A DNA stretch of 64,000 nt from a virus, in IMG/VR virus record IMGVR_UViG_3300035193_000067, positions 1 to 64,000 of that record; one strand, given 5' to 3'. How positions within the stretch are numbered: position 1 is the first letter of the stretch; every line of letters begins with the position of its first letter. The notes under the pieces are model-generated. The model saw only the letters and a list, made by a program, of their open reading frames with translations. It made no database searches and was not told where the DNA came from. Made by a program: the position numbers and the translations under genes. This document shows positions 8,372 through 17,847 of the stretch, one piece after another.

Positions 8372-8968
8372 CTACCAGTTTGATTCAGAATGTGCTGCTA
8401 GATATGATTGGTACCATAAATCAGATGCACGATCTTCTGCTTCTTCTGCACGTTTAATTCTACGTTGTTGTTCGCGAGTATACTCATAATACTGAGGAGC
8501 ATAAAGAGTACTGATCTCTGGTGTTTTACGATTATGAGGTAAAAAATTTACATAAGGCATACCACTTTCGATATAACCATAAAAGATTTTCCTATTTCCA
8601 GTTATTCTCGCACAAAATGTGAGTTTTGCATTTCCTCCAATAATAGCATTTTGTTCTACTGTTGCATGTGAATCTAATTCTGCATTATCAGTTACATGAC
8701 AATTTCCACGCAATTTTGCATAACCAGAAATATCTGCGTTTCCCGACACTATTGCATTTTCACTTACTTCAGCGTCTTCGTATACTTTAGCATTATCGTA
8801 AACGAAGCAAGACCCTTCATGAGATAAATTTGACTCCTTACGAATATAACCTCCTACTAAACCGTCCGTAATTCTTCTGATTCTGTATAAAGTACGACCT
8901 TTAAACTCAACTGTTTCACCTGTAAACTCGTATTTCTTTTCTAATTGTTTGTCAGAATTAATTACCAT
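8372..8968 (-). CDS. Left-handed beta-helix (hexapeptide repeat) phage protein
   Basis: KYEFTGE...LYRIR...GGYI..ESNLS.EG.C.VYDNAKVY followed by xxNAxV hexapeptides. Confidence 0.85.
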   Translation of the reverse strand: MVINSDKQLEKKYEFTGETVEFKGRTLYRIRRITDGLVGGYIRKESNLSHEGSCFVYDNAKVYEDAEVSENAIVSGNADISGYAKLRGNCHVTDNAELDSHATVEQNAIIGGNAKLTFCARITGNRKIFYGYIESGMPYVNFLPHNRKTPEISTLYAPQYYEYTREQQRRIKRAEEAEDRASDLWYQSYLAAHSESNW

Positions 8969-9166
8969 CTACTCCTCCAAGTCCTCCGGCAGATCTTCCG
9001 GAGAAGCTACCTGAAGAACAACCATGTTGTCAAGAAACTTGTCAATATCCGACAGTACTGCATCAATGCTCTCCATTTTCCTGGAACGGGCAATCTCACT
9101 GATAATGAGAACGATGAAAACAAACACTGACAGATAATTATTCACTAATTCAATTAAATACTCCAA
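8969..9166 (-). CDS. Small membrane-anchored protein ending DLPEDLEE
   Basis: AGGAGG then TTG at 9166; TM segment YLSVFVFIVLIIS. Confidence 0.65.
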   Translation of the reverse strand: MEYLIELVNNYLSVFVFIVLIISEIARSRKMESIDAVLSDIDKFLDNMVVLQVASPEDLPEDLEE

Positions 9167-9206
9167 GATAATCCTCCTGTTTGAGAGCAATTAATACGAC
9201 ACTATT

Positions 9207-9235
9207 TATATAAGGATTGTTTAAAGACTTGTCAA
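9207..9235 (-). promoter_or_regulatory. sigma70-type early promoter heading the accessory region
   Basis: TTGACA-17 nt-TATATA(AAT). Confidence 0.6.
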
Positions 9236-9360
9236 GGGAGAGTTTTGATAAATGCGAGAACAAGTACCAGGAACTGGGCAAAAAGAAGACTTGTCCAAAC
9301 CTTGGTCAACGGGCTGTGCCTGTGAAATACTACAATCTTGTTGGCTAGAGATTTCATCAT
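9232..9360 (-). CDS. 42-aa single-TM protein
   Basis: Not in track. MMKSLANK...VWTSLLFAQFLVLVLAFIKTLP; ATGA overlap with upstream stop; AAGGA RBS. Confidence 0.55.
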   Translation of the reverse strand: MMKSLANKIVVFHRHSPLTKVWTSLLFAQFLVLVLAFIKTLP

Positions 9361-9557
9361 AATATTCCTTTTTTGCGCAGATCTGCCAAAACCTGTTGAA
9401 CAAGCTCACGAGACTCAAACTTTTCATTGGCTGCTACAAGTATGTCAAGATCCTCCAATCCTGCATCAATCATTTTAAGAATGAACGATTTTACCACAGG
9501 ATAGGATTCTCGGGAAGTCTGGGCAGATCTGGTTGAGGCGGACATGGTTCTTACCAT
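9357..9557 (-). CDS. Small putative virion protein with ASTRSAQ leader
   Basis: Linker motif shared with ASRRSAQ in 9551..10453. Confidence 0.65.
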   Translation of the reverse strand: MVRTMSASTRSAQTSRESYPVVKSFILKMIDAGLEDLDILVAANEKFESRELVQQVLADLRKKGIL

Positions 9558-10453
9558 GCTTCCAGGAAATCCTGGGCAACTTCCTGCCAGTTTACCTCAG
9601 AAACAGCACCTCTCATAAGGTCTGCATAAACACCATCAAGTTCAGGAGCCATCTCATCAAACATAGACTCAATGTACTGTCCCAGAGCATAAGCATCTTC
9701 TGATTCTGCAGCAGCTTCCTGTACCATATCATACAAGCCTTGATCATTACTGATCCACAAAGCTACCGCCCATGTGGAATAATTCGACCAACCCTGGTAC
9801 TCTTGAGCAGATCTGCGGGAGGCAACCAGACCATAAGCTTGAGCGTAATCGCTCGAAGAATACCCGGCTTCTTCCAGAGCTGACAGTACTTCAGGATTAC
9901 CTGAATCAATTGCCAACCGCATTGCCTCCGCGTCATCAACGGTAGGATCTGCCCCTTGAGAAAGCAGAGAAGCCACCTGTGCAGCATCTCCTGAGTCTAC
10001 AGCCTGTTTAAGCTCGTCATCCAAACCCCACTGATCATAACTGCCCTGATCCCAACCTTCCATCTGTGCCAGCTTGGTAGGTGCACCCTGTGCAGATCTG
10101 CGGGAGGCTCTCATACCTTTACTCTCCCAGAAAGGAGCATACGCAAAAGGAACATCCAACCACCTACCGGATCCATCATCTGCATTGAAGGGCTCATAGC
10201 TATCCCCAAACTCTTCAATTATAGCACGTGCTTCAGGACTGTCTTTTACATACAAATCACTCTCATGATTATCTGTCTCAATACCTGCTTCCTGTAAAGC
10301 CTGATACAGAGAAGATCCACCCTCTTCCTGAGCCTTCTTAGCATAAGGAGAATCTTCCCCATACTGAGCATACCCTTCCCCGGCTTCTGTTGCAATGCGC
10401 TGAATAGCATCAGCTCCCAGCGGTTTACGTTTGTTCAATTGTCTGTAATCCAT
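9551..10453 (-). CDS. Modular acidic protein (DNHESDLY module + ankyrin-like module + YQGWSNY module), putative head-internal polyprotein
   Basis: Three acidic modules each preceded by KKAQ / RRSAQ..KLAQ / RRSAQ. Confidence 0.75.
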   Translation of the reverse strand: MDYRQLNKRKPLGADAIQRIATEAGEGYAQYGEDSPYAKKAQEEGGSSLYQALQEAGIETDNHESDLYVKDSPEARAIIEEFGDSYEPFNADDGSGRWLDVPFAYAPFWESKGMRASRRSAQGAPTKLAQMEGWDQGSYDQWGLDDELKQAVDSGDAAQVASLLSQGADPTVDDAEAMRLAIDSGNPEVLSALEEAGYSSSDYAQAYGLVASRRSAQEYQGWSNYSTWAVALWISNDQGLYDMVQEAAAESEDAYALGQYIESMFDEMAPELDGVYADLMRGAVSEVNWQEVAQDFLEAW

Positions 10454-10465
10454 TTTTAAAACCTC

Positions 10466-10909
10466 TTAAAATTTTGTTGAGGGCTTGTTGTATACCCTGT
10501 TAAACACATTTACACTACTCTGCAGTGATCTGTCAAGCAAACCATCCAGCAAATCGATAATTTCTTCCTGAGAAAGTTTATTCAGATCTCCGTATTCCTC
10601 TCTCAGCTGCTGTACAAGCTCCGGAGGTGCATACTGAAGAATCTCACTCTCCAGGACATCCACCAGTCCTTCACCGGTCTCCAGATTGATTTCAGCAGAT
10701 ATTTTCAACTTCTCCTCCATCTGCTCCAACCCGTCATAGTAATCTGAGAACTCCTCCAGATGATCTGTTGCAATCTCCAAAGCAGTCTCAACATCATCAG
10801 TATGCTCAAACTCCACCAGAATACCCTTCAACAGCTGCTTCTGATCATACTTTGACAGATCCTTACCATCCGCCTTGCCGCCTGGTATTTTATCCGTCAA
10901 GACAGGCAT
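10466..10909 (-). CDS. DUF5661-like protein
   Basis: QL.KGI.VE.EHT.D...A.EIA.DHL.E..DYY..L..ME. Confidence 0.75.
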   Translation of the reverse strand: MPVLTDKIPGGKADGKDLSKYDQKQLLKGILVEFEHTDDVETALEIATDHLEEFSDYYDGLEQMEEKLKISAEINLETGEGLVDVLESEILQYAPPELVQQLREEYGDLNKLSQEEIIDLLDGLLDRSLQSSVNVFNRVYNKPSTKF

Positions 10910-11208
10910 TACTGCACTTCCTCCTGTGTCTGTGTATCTATAGTGTACTGATTGAGTTCCTGGTTGGGTACTGCTGTAGTACCCTCAGGAACCTCTTCTC
11001 CGGCTGGAGCAAGGACTACGTTGGGATCAGTAGGTTCATTTTCAACAACCTGCATCTGATTTCCCATCTGATCTGTGACAATCTGCCCAGGCTGCACCAT
11101 GTTTGGATCTGTTACAGTCTGCTGCTGGGCTAAAAAGGTCCTGCATACATCATCTGCAACAGTTCTTTTATAGGTGTATTTTTTGTTTTTTGACGCCGTT
11201 AATTGCAT
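10909..11208 (-). CDS. Hypothetical putative virion protein
   Basis: Start MQLTASK with AGGAG RBS; basic N-terminus then acidic domain after FLAQ. Confidence 0.7.
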   Translation of the reverse strand: MQLTASKNKKYTYKRTVADDVCRTFLAQQQTVTDPNMVQPGQIVTDQMGNQMQVVENEPTDPNVVLAPAGEEVPEGTTAVPNQELNQYTIDTQTQEEVQ

Positions 11209-11236
11209 TTTATCTCCTAAAAAAGACAATGTTTTT

Positions 11237-11260
11237 ATACTACCACAAATCAATGCGAAA
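11237..11260 (-). promoter_or_regulatory. Putative phage late promoter TTTCG-N13-TAGTAT
   Basis: TTTCG CATTGATTTGTGG TAGTAT; same spacing as 22841 and 24555. Confidence 0.65.
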
Positions 11261-11279
11261 CACTTAATAAATAAGCTGT

Positions 11280-11519
11280 TTAGTCATTTTCTCTGAAATA
11301 TGACTCGAAATCCAGCTGCTCAGTCTTCCCGCAGCCTTGACAGATCTTTGACAGCTCCACTCCAAAGGCTATACATTTCCAGGTAGCCTCTGCCCAGAAG
11401 TGTCCGCCAACGCTGATACAGTACTCCTGCAGCTCTCTCCAGGAGATCTTGTTAAAGTCTGCGGTAGCCTTGTGGATAAGATCACGCCGTGCCTGATCTA
11501 TCTCAAATTTCTTACGCAA
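11280..11519 (-). CDS. Hypothetical small Cys/His protein
   Basis: C...GGH.W...C..CG. Confidence 0.6.
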   Translation of the reverse strand: MRKKFEIDQARRDLIHKATADFNKISWRELQEYCISVGGHFWAEATWKCIAFGVELSKICQGCGKTEQLDFESYFREND

Positions 11520-11570
11520 AACCTTTCGGATCCCCTCATGAGACAGTTAAAAACCCTTCCTGAAACAGGA

Positions 11571-12071
11571 TTACTCTTCAGAGACTTCTTCAGTTTCTGC
11601 ATCAGTGCTGCCAAAACCTCCAGTACGTACTTCCGAGACTTCATCATCCTCCACCAAACCATACTGAAGAAAGATTCCCTGCATAAATGCTTTACCGCAT
11701 TCCAACTCCAGGAACTTGCTTTCATTCGTATCGTTGGTAACCTTTGCCCAGATATGCCCCTCATTGTCTGCGTAGAAATAATCAGAATCTATAACACCAA
11801 CTGTGTTATCAAGTTGAATACGGTACTTAAAGCCAAGACTTGAACGAGGAAAAAGCAGCAATACCCATCCCGGATCCATCTCAACCCGTATACCTGTAGG
11901 AATCTTTACAGACTGATTAGGCCCTACAGAGATGGAATAGGGCATGAAGAAGTCATAACCAGCACTTCCGGCAGTAGCTCTTTTTGGCAGTTTGAGGTCT
12001 CTGTACGATCCATGGAACTTTTCTAAATCCTCCAACCACCGCTCTTCACTAACCTTATGAAACTTTAACAT
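11571..12071 (-). CDS. dut: dUTPase (trimeric)
   Basis: LPKRATAGSAGYD, PRSS.G, GVIDSDY, QGIF, RTGGFGST. Confidence 0.95.
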   Translation of the reverse strand: MLKFHKVSEERWLEDLEKFHGSYRDLKLPKRATAGSAGYDFFMPYSISVGPNQSVKIPTGIRVEMDPGWVLLLFPRSSLGFKYRIQLDNTVGVIDSDYFYADNEGHIWAKVTNDTNESKFLELECGKAFMQGIFLQYGLVEDDEVSEVRTGGFGSTDAETEEVSEE

Positions 12072-12082
12072 TTTTAACCTTT

Positions 12083-12565
12083 CTATGAAACTTTTACAGC
12101 ATACTGATTTTTTGATGCAAGACGCACACCCAGAACCTCATCAAACACTGATTCAGTATCTGGAATATATCTCCCGAATTTAATAACCACGTTTGGAAAA
12201 TCTGTCAAGAGCTTTAGCATCGCATCTACCTCAGATTCTGTATACCCTGTATAAATTACAAAATCATCAGAAACTCCCTGAGATCTGAAGTAACTCAACA
12301 GATCCAGAACTTCCCAGAACTGATCAAACGGCTCCAGCCCACCAACTACAACAGCCTGTGTCAACGGGTTGGACAGGTACCTCTCCAGAACCTCTTCCTT
12401 TGGGATCTTTACAGTCTTCAAACGTGCCTGAAGAGAGTTCTGACAGATCTCGACAGGGAATCCTCCTTCTTTGCAGCACTTCCAGGTACAACCAATTGAG
12501 ACAAGCAGCATGGATGTCTTTTTGTAATCCTGGAAGACTTCATCAACTATCTGCTTAACTCTCAT
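12083..12565 (-). CDS. nrdG: Anaerobic RNR activating enzyme (radical SAM)
   Basis: CTWKC...CQN, GGLEPF, IYTGY, KFGRY, LASKNQ; adjacent to nrdD. Confidence 0.85.
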   Translation of the reverse strand: MRVKQIVDEVFQDYKKTSMLLVSIGCTWKCCKEGGFPVEICQNSLQARLKTVKIPKEEVLERYLSNPLTQAVVVGGLEPFDQFWEVLDLLSYFRSQGVSDDFVIYTGYTESEVDAMLKLLTDFPNVVIKFGRYIPDTESVFDEVLGVRLASKNQYAVKVS

Positions 12566-14481
12566 TTAAAGAAGTCCTCTTTTATGGAGTACCACTGTCT
12601 CTTGTCAAATTCAATCTTGCGCTCTTTCGAGTACGATGATTGAGGTACAAGAAAGCCTACAACCCGTGAGTAAGTGTCTACCTTTGGCTTACCGCATTCC
12701 GGACAGATCTCCCCGAAGAATCCGTGAGATGCTTCGCAGACTGAAATCCTGGTATTGTATGCATGATAGATAACACCTGAAGCAGCAACATGATTGAGCA
12801 TCTCCCAGGCCTGATCAGTATCTGCAAAAGGTCCGTCAATATTAATGTGAGAGATCTGCCCGCCTCCACACTTCCTGTCAAGAATTGATCCTAAACGGAT
12901 CTTTTCAGCAATTGTACATTTCTCCATCAGAGGTATCCACTGGTTTGAATAGATGAAATGTTGATTGTGTTGAGGATATAACCAGTTGTCTTTGCTGCAC
13001 AGAACCACGTTAGCCCTTTCAGCAGGAACCGCTTCAACATTCAGTGAATAATCAAAAGTGTAGGAGTCCTTTACCTGGTTGATTGTGTCAAGAATCCTTG
13101 AAGCAAACTCAAGACCTTTTTCAGAATAAGACTTGTTGCCAAACAGATCTGTGTCAATGTACCCAAAATGATCAACCGCTTCAAACATTGCAGTAATACC
13201 GATAGTGTTGTACTGCTTACTCAACTCTATCAACCCGTGAGTATAATTTGGAAGAAGACCCTTTTCAATATTTCTTCTGATGATATTTCGCACAACATCC
13301 AAAACCGTAATGCAGATGTCCAAACGATCTTTCAGTATACTGATGAAGGCTTCCTCAGATCTGGATTCCAGTGCAATTCTCCTGAGGTTGATTGTATTGA
13401 CCTTTACGCTTCCAATTGACAGAGAAGTACCGCCGATAGAGTTAATGAATGCATCCAGTTTCGTGAGATCTGTAGTAAGTCTGCAGCAGGAACTTAAGCT
13501 GGTGACAGATTCTCCTACATAGAAATTGGAATCGTACCAAAGAGTATTGTGATCACTGCACCATCTCGCAAACTCTTCATCCACAAACTTACCATCCTGA
13601 TAGAGCAATGAAAAAGTCAGTACAGGGAACGTAAACATGTGTTTTCTGCGGACTTCTGCAACAACCTCCATAAAAGCTTTCTGATGCTCAATGATACCTT
13701 CTATGTGGTCTATTACGTACTCACCGTTTGGAAACTTCCTGCCTCCAAACAGCTCTGTCAGATACTCCCTGTCCATAATTGTGATATTCGTAAAGGCGCA
13801 TTCAGTTACTCTCAAATATTCCTGATTCAGATCGTAAAGAGTCTTCTGGAAACACTGTCTGCGATAGTATTCAGGATCTTTCAGATAGAATCCTTCAGAC
13901 ACGTCCTTGTGCCAGAAATAGTAAGAGTATAGCAGGTAACTGGGAAGACCCACAGCTCCGGCAGTTCTGTTTGCAGTCCAGCTGACAAACTCCAGCACAT
14001 GATCGCTGAAAGTTGTTAGGTGTTGAGGAGGATCTGTCTTCATATTGTTCATAAAGAACAGTCCTTTCTCAACAACCTGATCAAGATCATACGCGTAACA
14101 GTATGAAATCATTGAAGAATTTGAGCTATCGTGAATATATAAAGACCCGTTCCATTCCTCTTCCAGCCACTGCTCAGCCTTCTTCAAACTGTAAAGTTTT
14201 GATATTTCGTAAAAAATCTTGTTGAAAGAAAGCAGTTTTGTGTGAGGCTTCACCATATCTGAAAGAAGGGTTCTAATGTCGTGCGTACTGCTGTTTGCAT
14301 TTGCATCAATGGTAGTGTCTGCCACTGTATCAGCATCAATAAAATTATCTATGAAATCTGTAAAGTTTAAGTTCTCTGTATGGAAGCCATTCATTCTCTC
14401 GAAGTCTTCCCCGTATTTCTCCTTCATTCTGTTGAGAGCTGTCACAAAAGGCTTGTATAATTTTAAAGACTTAATGTCCAT
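12562..14481 (-). CDS. nrdD: Class III anaerobic ribonucleoside-triphosphate reductase, no ATP-cone
   Basis: TFPV, SSCCRL, TINL, PAE, GG.I.H, CPECG, glycyl-radical SRVVGFL. Confidence 0.95.
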   Translation of the reverse strand: MDIKSLKLYKPFVTALNRMKEKYGEDFERMNGFHTENLNFTDFIDNFIDADTVADTTIDANANSSTHDIRTLLSDMVKPHTKLLSFNKIFYEISKLYSLKKAEQWLEEEWNGSLYIHDSSNSSMISYCYAYDLDQVVEKGLFFMNNMKTDPPQHLTTFSDHVLEFVSWTANRTAGAVGLPSYLLYSYYFWHKDVSEGFYLKDPEYYRRQCFQKTLYDLNQEYLRVTECAFTNITIMDREYLTELFGGRKFPNGEYVIDHIEGIIEHQKAFMEVVAEVRRKHMFTFPVLTFSLLYQDGKFVDEEFARWCSDHNTLWYDSNFYVGESVTSLSSCCRLTTDLTKLDAFINSIGGTSLSIGSVKVNTINLRRIALESRSEEAFISILKDRLDICITVLDVVRNIIRRNIEKGLLPNYTHGLIELSKQYNTIGITAMFEAVDHFGYIDTDLFGNKSYSEKGLEFASRILDTINQVKDSYTFDYSLNVEAVPAERANVVLCSKDNWLYPQHNQHFIYSNQWIPLMEKCTIAEKIRLGSILDRKCGGGQISHINIDGPFADTDQAWEMLNHVAASGVIYHAYNTRISVCEASHGFFGEICPECGKPKVDTYSRVVGFLVPQSSYSKERKIEFDKRQWYSIKEDFFK

Positions 14482-14693
14482 TATTTACCCCCGTTGGCAG
14501 CAACCCAGGCAACCGCATCTCTGAATAGTAATCTCTCTCCTTTTACGTTCAGCACCGGTACTGATTTTACTCCTATCGATATTAAATAATCCTTGTCGGT
14601 AACTTCTGTGTAGGACACTTCAGCAGCATCCAGCTTCTCCTGCAGAACTTTGCATTTTGGACATCCTGTATGGTACAGCACTATTTCAGACAT
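14481..14693 (-). CDS. Glutaredoxin/NrdH-like redoxin
   Basis: GCPKC and SVPVL (cis-Pro) motifs; start MSEIVLY. Confidence 0.85.
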   Translation of the reverse strand: MSEIVLYHTGCPKCKVLQEKLDAAEVSYTEVTDKDYLISIGVKSVPVLNVKGERLLFRDAVAWVAANGGK

Positions 14694-14730
14694 TAAAAAA
14701 ACCTTTCTATTGAGCAAACGCTACCACAGA

Positions 14731-14769
14731 CTTAAACAGACCTGCCGCATACTGACAGATCTGTTTAAG
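14731..14769 (-). other. 16-bp RNA hairpin between the virion block and the nrd cassette
   Basis: CTTAAACAGATCTGTC-AGTATGC-GGCAGGTCTGTTTAAG, fully paired on the minus strand using two G-U pairs; no U tract. Confidence 0.65.
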
Positions 14770-14795
14770 CAAAATTAACAGTATCTATTTAAATA

Positions 14796-15998
14796 TTATT
14801 TTGACTTTGTCAAGCTCTTCCCAGGAACCTTGGTAAGAGTCATCTTCCCTTTATCATCCTTCAGGTTCACAAGATAAACAAGATTAGCCTTGTCATACAG
14901 ATCATCAACAACCCCTTTGGTACCCTTAGGGAATTTCTTTGAAGTACCCCAGCCTCTGACAATAACTTCCTTGGTTAAAGACACTTTGTCACCATTGTTC
15001 CAGGACTTTCCTTCAGGATACTCGACCTCTGCAGGGTCAAGACCTTCGGTATACTCACCCAGTTCCTCCACACGCTCCTCCACAGGCACGTAATCATCCT
15101 TCTCATCCTCTTTGGTAGTTTTTGAAGCTGTCAGTACGTCTGCCATAGGAACGAGCTCAGAACCCAAACTGATGCCTGACATCATCTCTGCAACATCAAC
15201 AGCCATTCCAGGAAACGCTTCCATCCCTTCCGTAGGAATTTTGGCATCCACAACAGCCTGAAGAGATTCAAGAGAAAGTGCTTTCATTTGTCCTTTAATC
15301 TCAGACAGGGAGTCCCAGACATCTCCGGCAGACTCTTCATGAACATTGATAGCTTCACAGATGTCAAGATACTCAGAAATGAGACGAACCGCTTCAGGTT
15401 CCTGGGCAGATCCTTCAAACTTGTCCAAATATGCTGCAATGTCTTCAGCTTCATAAATATTGGAAGACTTGCTGAAAGCCTGGATAACAATTATCTGAGG
15501 AGCTACCGGAGAGTTTTTCATTCTTTCGAGATTGAGTTTTTTCAGCTTGTACTCCATCTCATCCTTCTGCTTATACAGATCCTTCAGCTCAGATCCTGAA
15601 AAACCTTCATATTCTGTATCAAGATAGCTGTTTAGAAGGTTGTATGCCTGTTCTTCGTAAGGGGTACCTTTAAGACTCAGGAACCACTCCTCTCCGAAAC
15701 AATCCAAATATGATTTCTTTTTCATCTTTTTCCTTTTAGCCTGAGCACCCATTCCAAGAGTACCCCGCTCAGCTTCGTACAGGTCTATGGCAGCCTGTGC
15801 CACATCTTCAAGTATCTGCTCTTCTGTTTCGTCAGGATCTGCAGACGAGTTTGGAATTTCTCTTTTAAATACAGGAGCCCCACCTTCCTCCAGAATAACT
15901 GAATAGTACTCAGGGTTCTCTTCCGAAGGTTTAACGGTTACGTTGTACCCTTTCAGAAGCAGTTGGTAGTCTGTATCGTATGTGTATGAGCCTGCCAT
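14796..15998 (-). CDS. Acidic putative virion protein with internal duplicated helical module
   Basis: WFLSLKGTPYEEQAYNLLNSYLD vs YLDKFEGSAQEPEAVRLISEYLD; basic linkers between acidic blocks. Confidence 0.7.
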   Translation of the reverse strand: MAGSYTYDTDYQLLLKGYNVTVKPSEENPEYYSVILEEGGAPVFKREIPNSSADPDETEEQILEDVAQAAIDLYEAERGTLGMGAQAKRKKMKKKSYLDCFGEEWFLSLKGTPYEEQAYNLLNSYLDTEYEGFSGSELKDLYKQKDEMEYKLKKLNLERMKNSPVAPQIIVIQAFSKSSNIYEAEDIAAYLDKFEGSAQEPEAVRLISEYLDICEAINVHEESAGDVWDSLSEIKGQMKALSLESLQAVVDAKIPTEGMEAFPGMAVDVAEMMSGISLGSELVPMADVLTASKTTKEDEKDDYVPVEERVEELGEYTEGLDPAEVEYPEGKSWNNGDKVSLTKEVIVRGWGTSKKFPKGTKGVVDDLYDKANLVYLVNLKDDKGKMTLTKVPGKSLTKSK

Positions 15999-17494
15999 TA
16001 CTTGTACATTTTCTTGAACGTGCTGGGGAGAGGGTCTACCGCATCAACTTCAACACGATATTCCATCCCTTTTGATTTGACGATGAGATAATCATTGGCA
16101 TCATCAATCTCCACAATTACTCCACGAGTCCGGTTTTTAGGCTCACCAAAACGAACACCATCCTCAAGCTCTATAGGAGTCTTTGTATCTCGGTAGAAAC
16201 GGGAAGGTTTGACAGGTTCTTCAGAAACCTCCATTTCAATTTCCTTCTCCATCTGCTGAGCTCTTTTAAACCTGTCCAGCTCCTGAAGAGAAGATGCCTT
16301 ACGTGTTCTCAGGTTCTGTCCATAGGGATTCAGGCAGAAACCTTCATTAATCAAGTGAGGCATCCAGGCATCCTGAGAAGCCGTATTAACAACATTCAGG
16401 ACGTAATTTCTCAGGATATGGATCCAGGGACGAGGGAAAGTATCTGTACCATCCTTTTCAGCCTTCTCAAGCAGCTCTTTTACAGCTGCATAAGCAGAAG
16501 GAGCAGTTCTGGCTGCTCGCTTACCTCTTACAGGATACTGACGCTCATACAAATCTTCGTAATCAGTGGTATCCAGCTGATCCTTGGTAAGAACCACCTG
16601 AGTCTCCATTACAAGAGGCTCCTGACCCATTTCAACATCCATCAGTTCTGCAACAACCTCTGAAGGAGTGGAAGTCAGCTTTATCTCAGTGGATTCATCC
16701 GATGTGGTTACGATTACTTCATCCGTATCGAGAACATCAACATCACCTAGAGTAAAGCCATAGCCCTGAGCAAAGTCCTGGAGATTTTCCTTGATTGCAT
16801 CAATGTTCTCAGGAATGTTAATGGGATTCTCATCATCAGCACTCCAAAACTCTGCAAGCTTGACATTTTCAGGATCCTTGCTTTGATTCTTACGGCTCAT
16901 GTAATTTTTGAAATTGCTGGTGTTAGGTCTCCAGCCTGTATCATTGCGCACTTCAGTAGCAAGAGCCCGTTCATCAGATCTTAGAGGAAGCTCATATCCT
17001 TCTCGTACAGAAGGAAGTACATAGGATGTTGCATTCTCCAGCATACCTTCCACGGCATGAGCAGAGATTACTGAAACTGTGTTATCCACTTCCATAACGG
17101 AAGGAGGTGTCACTTCCCCATCAATAACTGTAACAGGAACTGTAGCAACCCTTTTAACGTTTGTAGCAGTGCGGAAGGTTACTGAAAAGTCCAGAGTGCT
17201 TGAATCAATCTGTCCCTGAGAAGCATACCTGGTGTCTCTGTTGTTCAGGAATCGTACTTCAGGCATTGTAGGCAGATCAAAGGCTGCAAAAGCATCCTGC
17301 ACTGCATAAGTGGCATCTGCCACAACACTGCGAAGATCTCTGGATTTCTTTTTACCGTAGGACTTACCCATCTCTGAAAAGATATCAGTCAGCTCATCGG
17401 CTTCTTCCCAGTTTTCCTCTTCCCAGGAGGAATACCCTGCCAGAAGAGGATGAGAAGCTACTCGCTTATCTTTAATTAGTTTATCAAATTTCAT
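15998..17494 (-). CDS. Modular putative virion protein
   Basis: Acidic blocks separated by KRVAS, KRAARTA, RKASS, KRAQ. Confidence 0.7.
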   Translation of the reverse strand: MKFDKLIKDKRVASHPLLAGYSSWEEENWEEADELTDIFSEMGKSYGKKKSRDLRSVVADATYAVQDAFAAFDLPTMPEVRFLNNRDTRYASQGQIDSSTLDFSVTFRTATNVKRVATVPVTVIDGEVTPPSVMEVDNTVSVISAHAVEGMLENATSYVLPSVREGYELPLRSDERALATEVRNDTGWRPNTSNFKNYMSRKNQSKDPENVKLAEFWSADDENPINIPENIDAIKENLQDFAQGYGFTLGDVDVLDTDEVIVTTSDESTEIKLTSTPSEVVAELMDVEMGQEPLVMETQVVLTKDQLDTTDYEDLYERQYPVRGKRAARTAPSAYAAVKELLEKAEKDGTDTFPRPWIHILRNYVLNVVNTASQDAWMPHLINEGFCLNPYGQNLRTRKASSLQELDRFKRAQQMEKEIEMEVSEEPVKPSRFYRDTKTPIELEDGVRFGEPKNRTRGVIVEIDDANDYLIVKSKGMEYRVEVDAVDPLPSTFKKMYK

Positions 17495-17499
17495 AATAT

Positions 17500-17847
17500 T
17501 TACCTATCCCGTCGAATAGACCGCCCAACACTCTTAGGAGGAGCTTGAGCAGGTTTAGTGTTGCCGTTAAATACGGATGCTACCAGTACTCCCTTACGAT
17601 CTTCAATCAATAACGGATCTTTGGATAGAGCATCAATCGCTACAATTTTGCTGGAGTCCACTACAGCAGATTTTACTTTGTTCTGATGATCGGTAAACAA
17701 CCAGAAAGAAGGAAACCCTGTTTTTACGAAATCAAAAGCTGCCACATCATCCTTCTCAGGAAGTAAAGCTTTAAAGACATGACCACCTTCACAGAAAACT
17801 CGATATGTGTACAGAGGAACATTGATGAACTGTTTAACAGTACTCAT
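17500..17847 (-). CDS. Hypothetical protein
   Basis: ORF in operon. Confidence 0.7.
   Translation of the reverse strand: MSTVKQFINVPLYTYRVFCEGGHVFKALLPEKDDVAAFDFVKTGFPSFWLFTDHQNKVKSAVVDSSKIVAIDALSKDPLLIEDRKGVLVASVFNGNTKPAQAPPKSVGRSIRRDR

Larger units (their letters stand above)
8186..8996. repeat. 31-bp direct repeat pair (8186-8216, 8966-8996)
   Basis: catctactcctccaa(a/g)tcctccggcagatct; partial third copy tactcctccaaat at 8358-8370. Confidence 0.85.
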
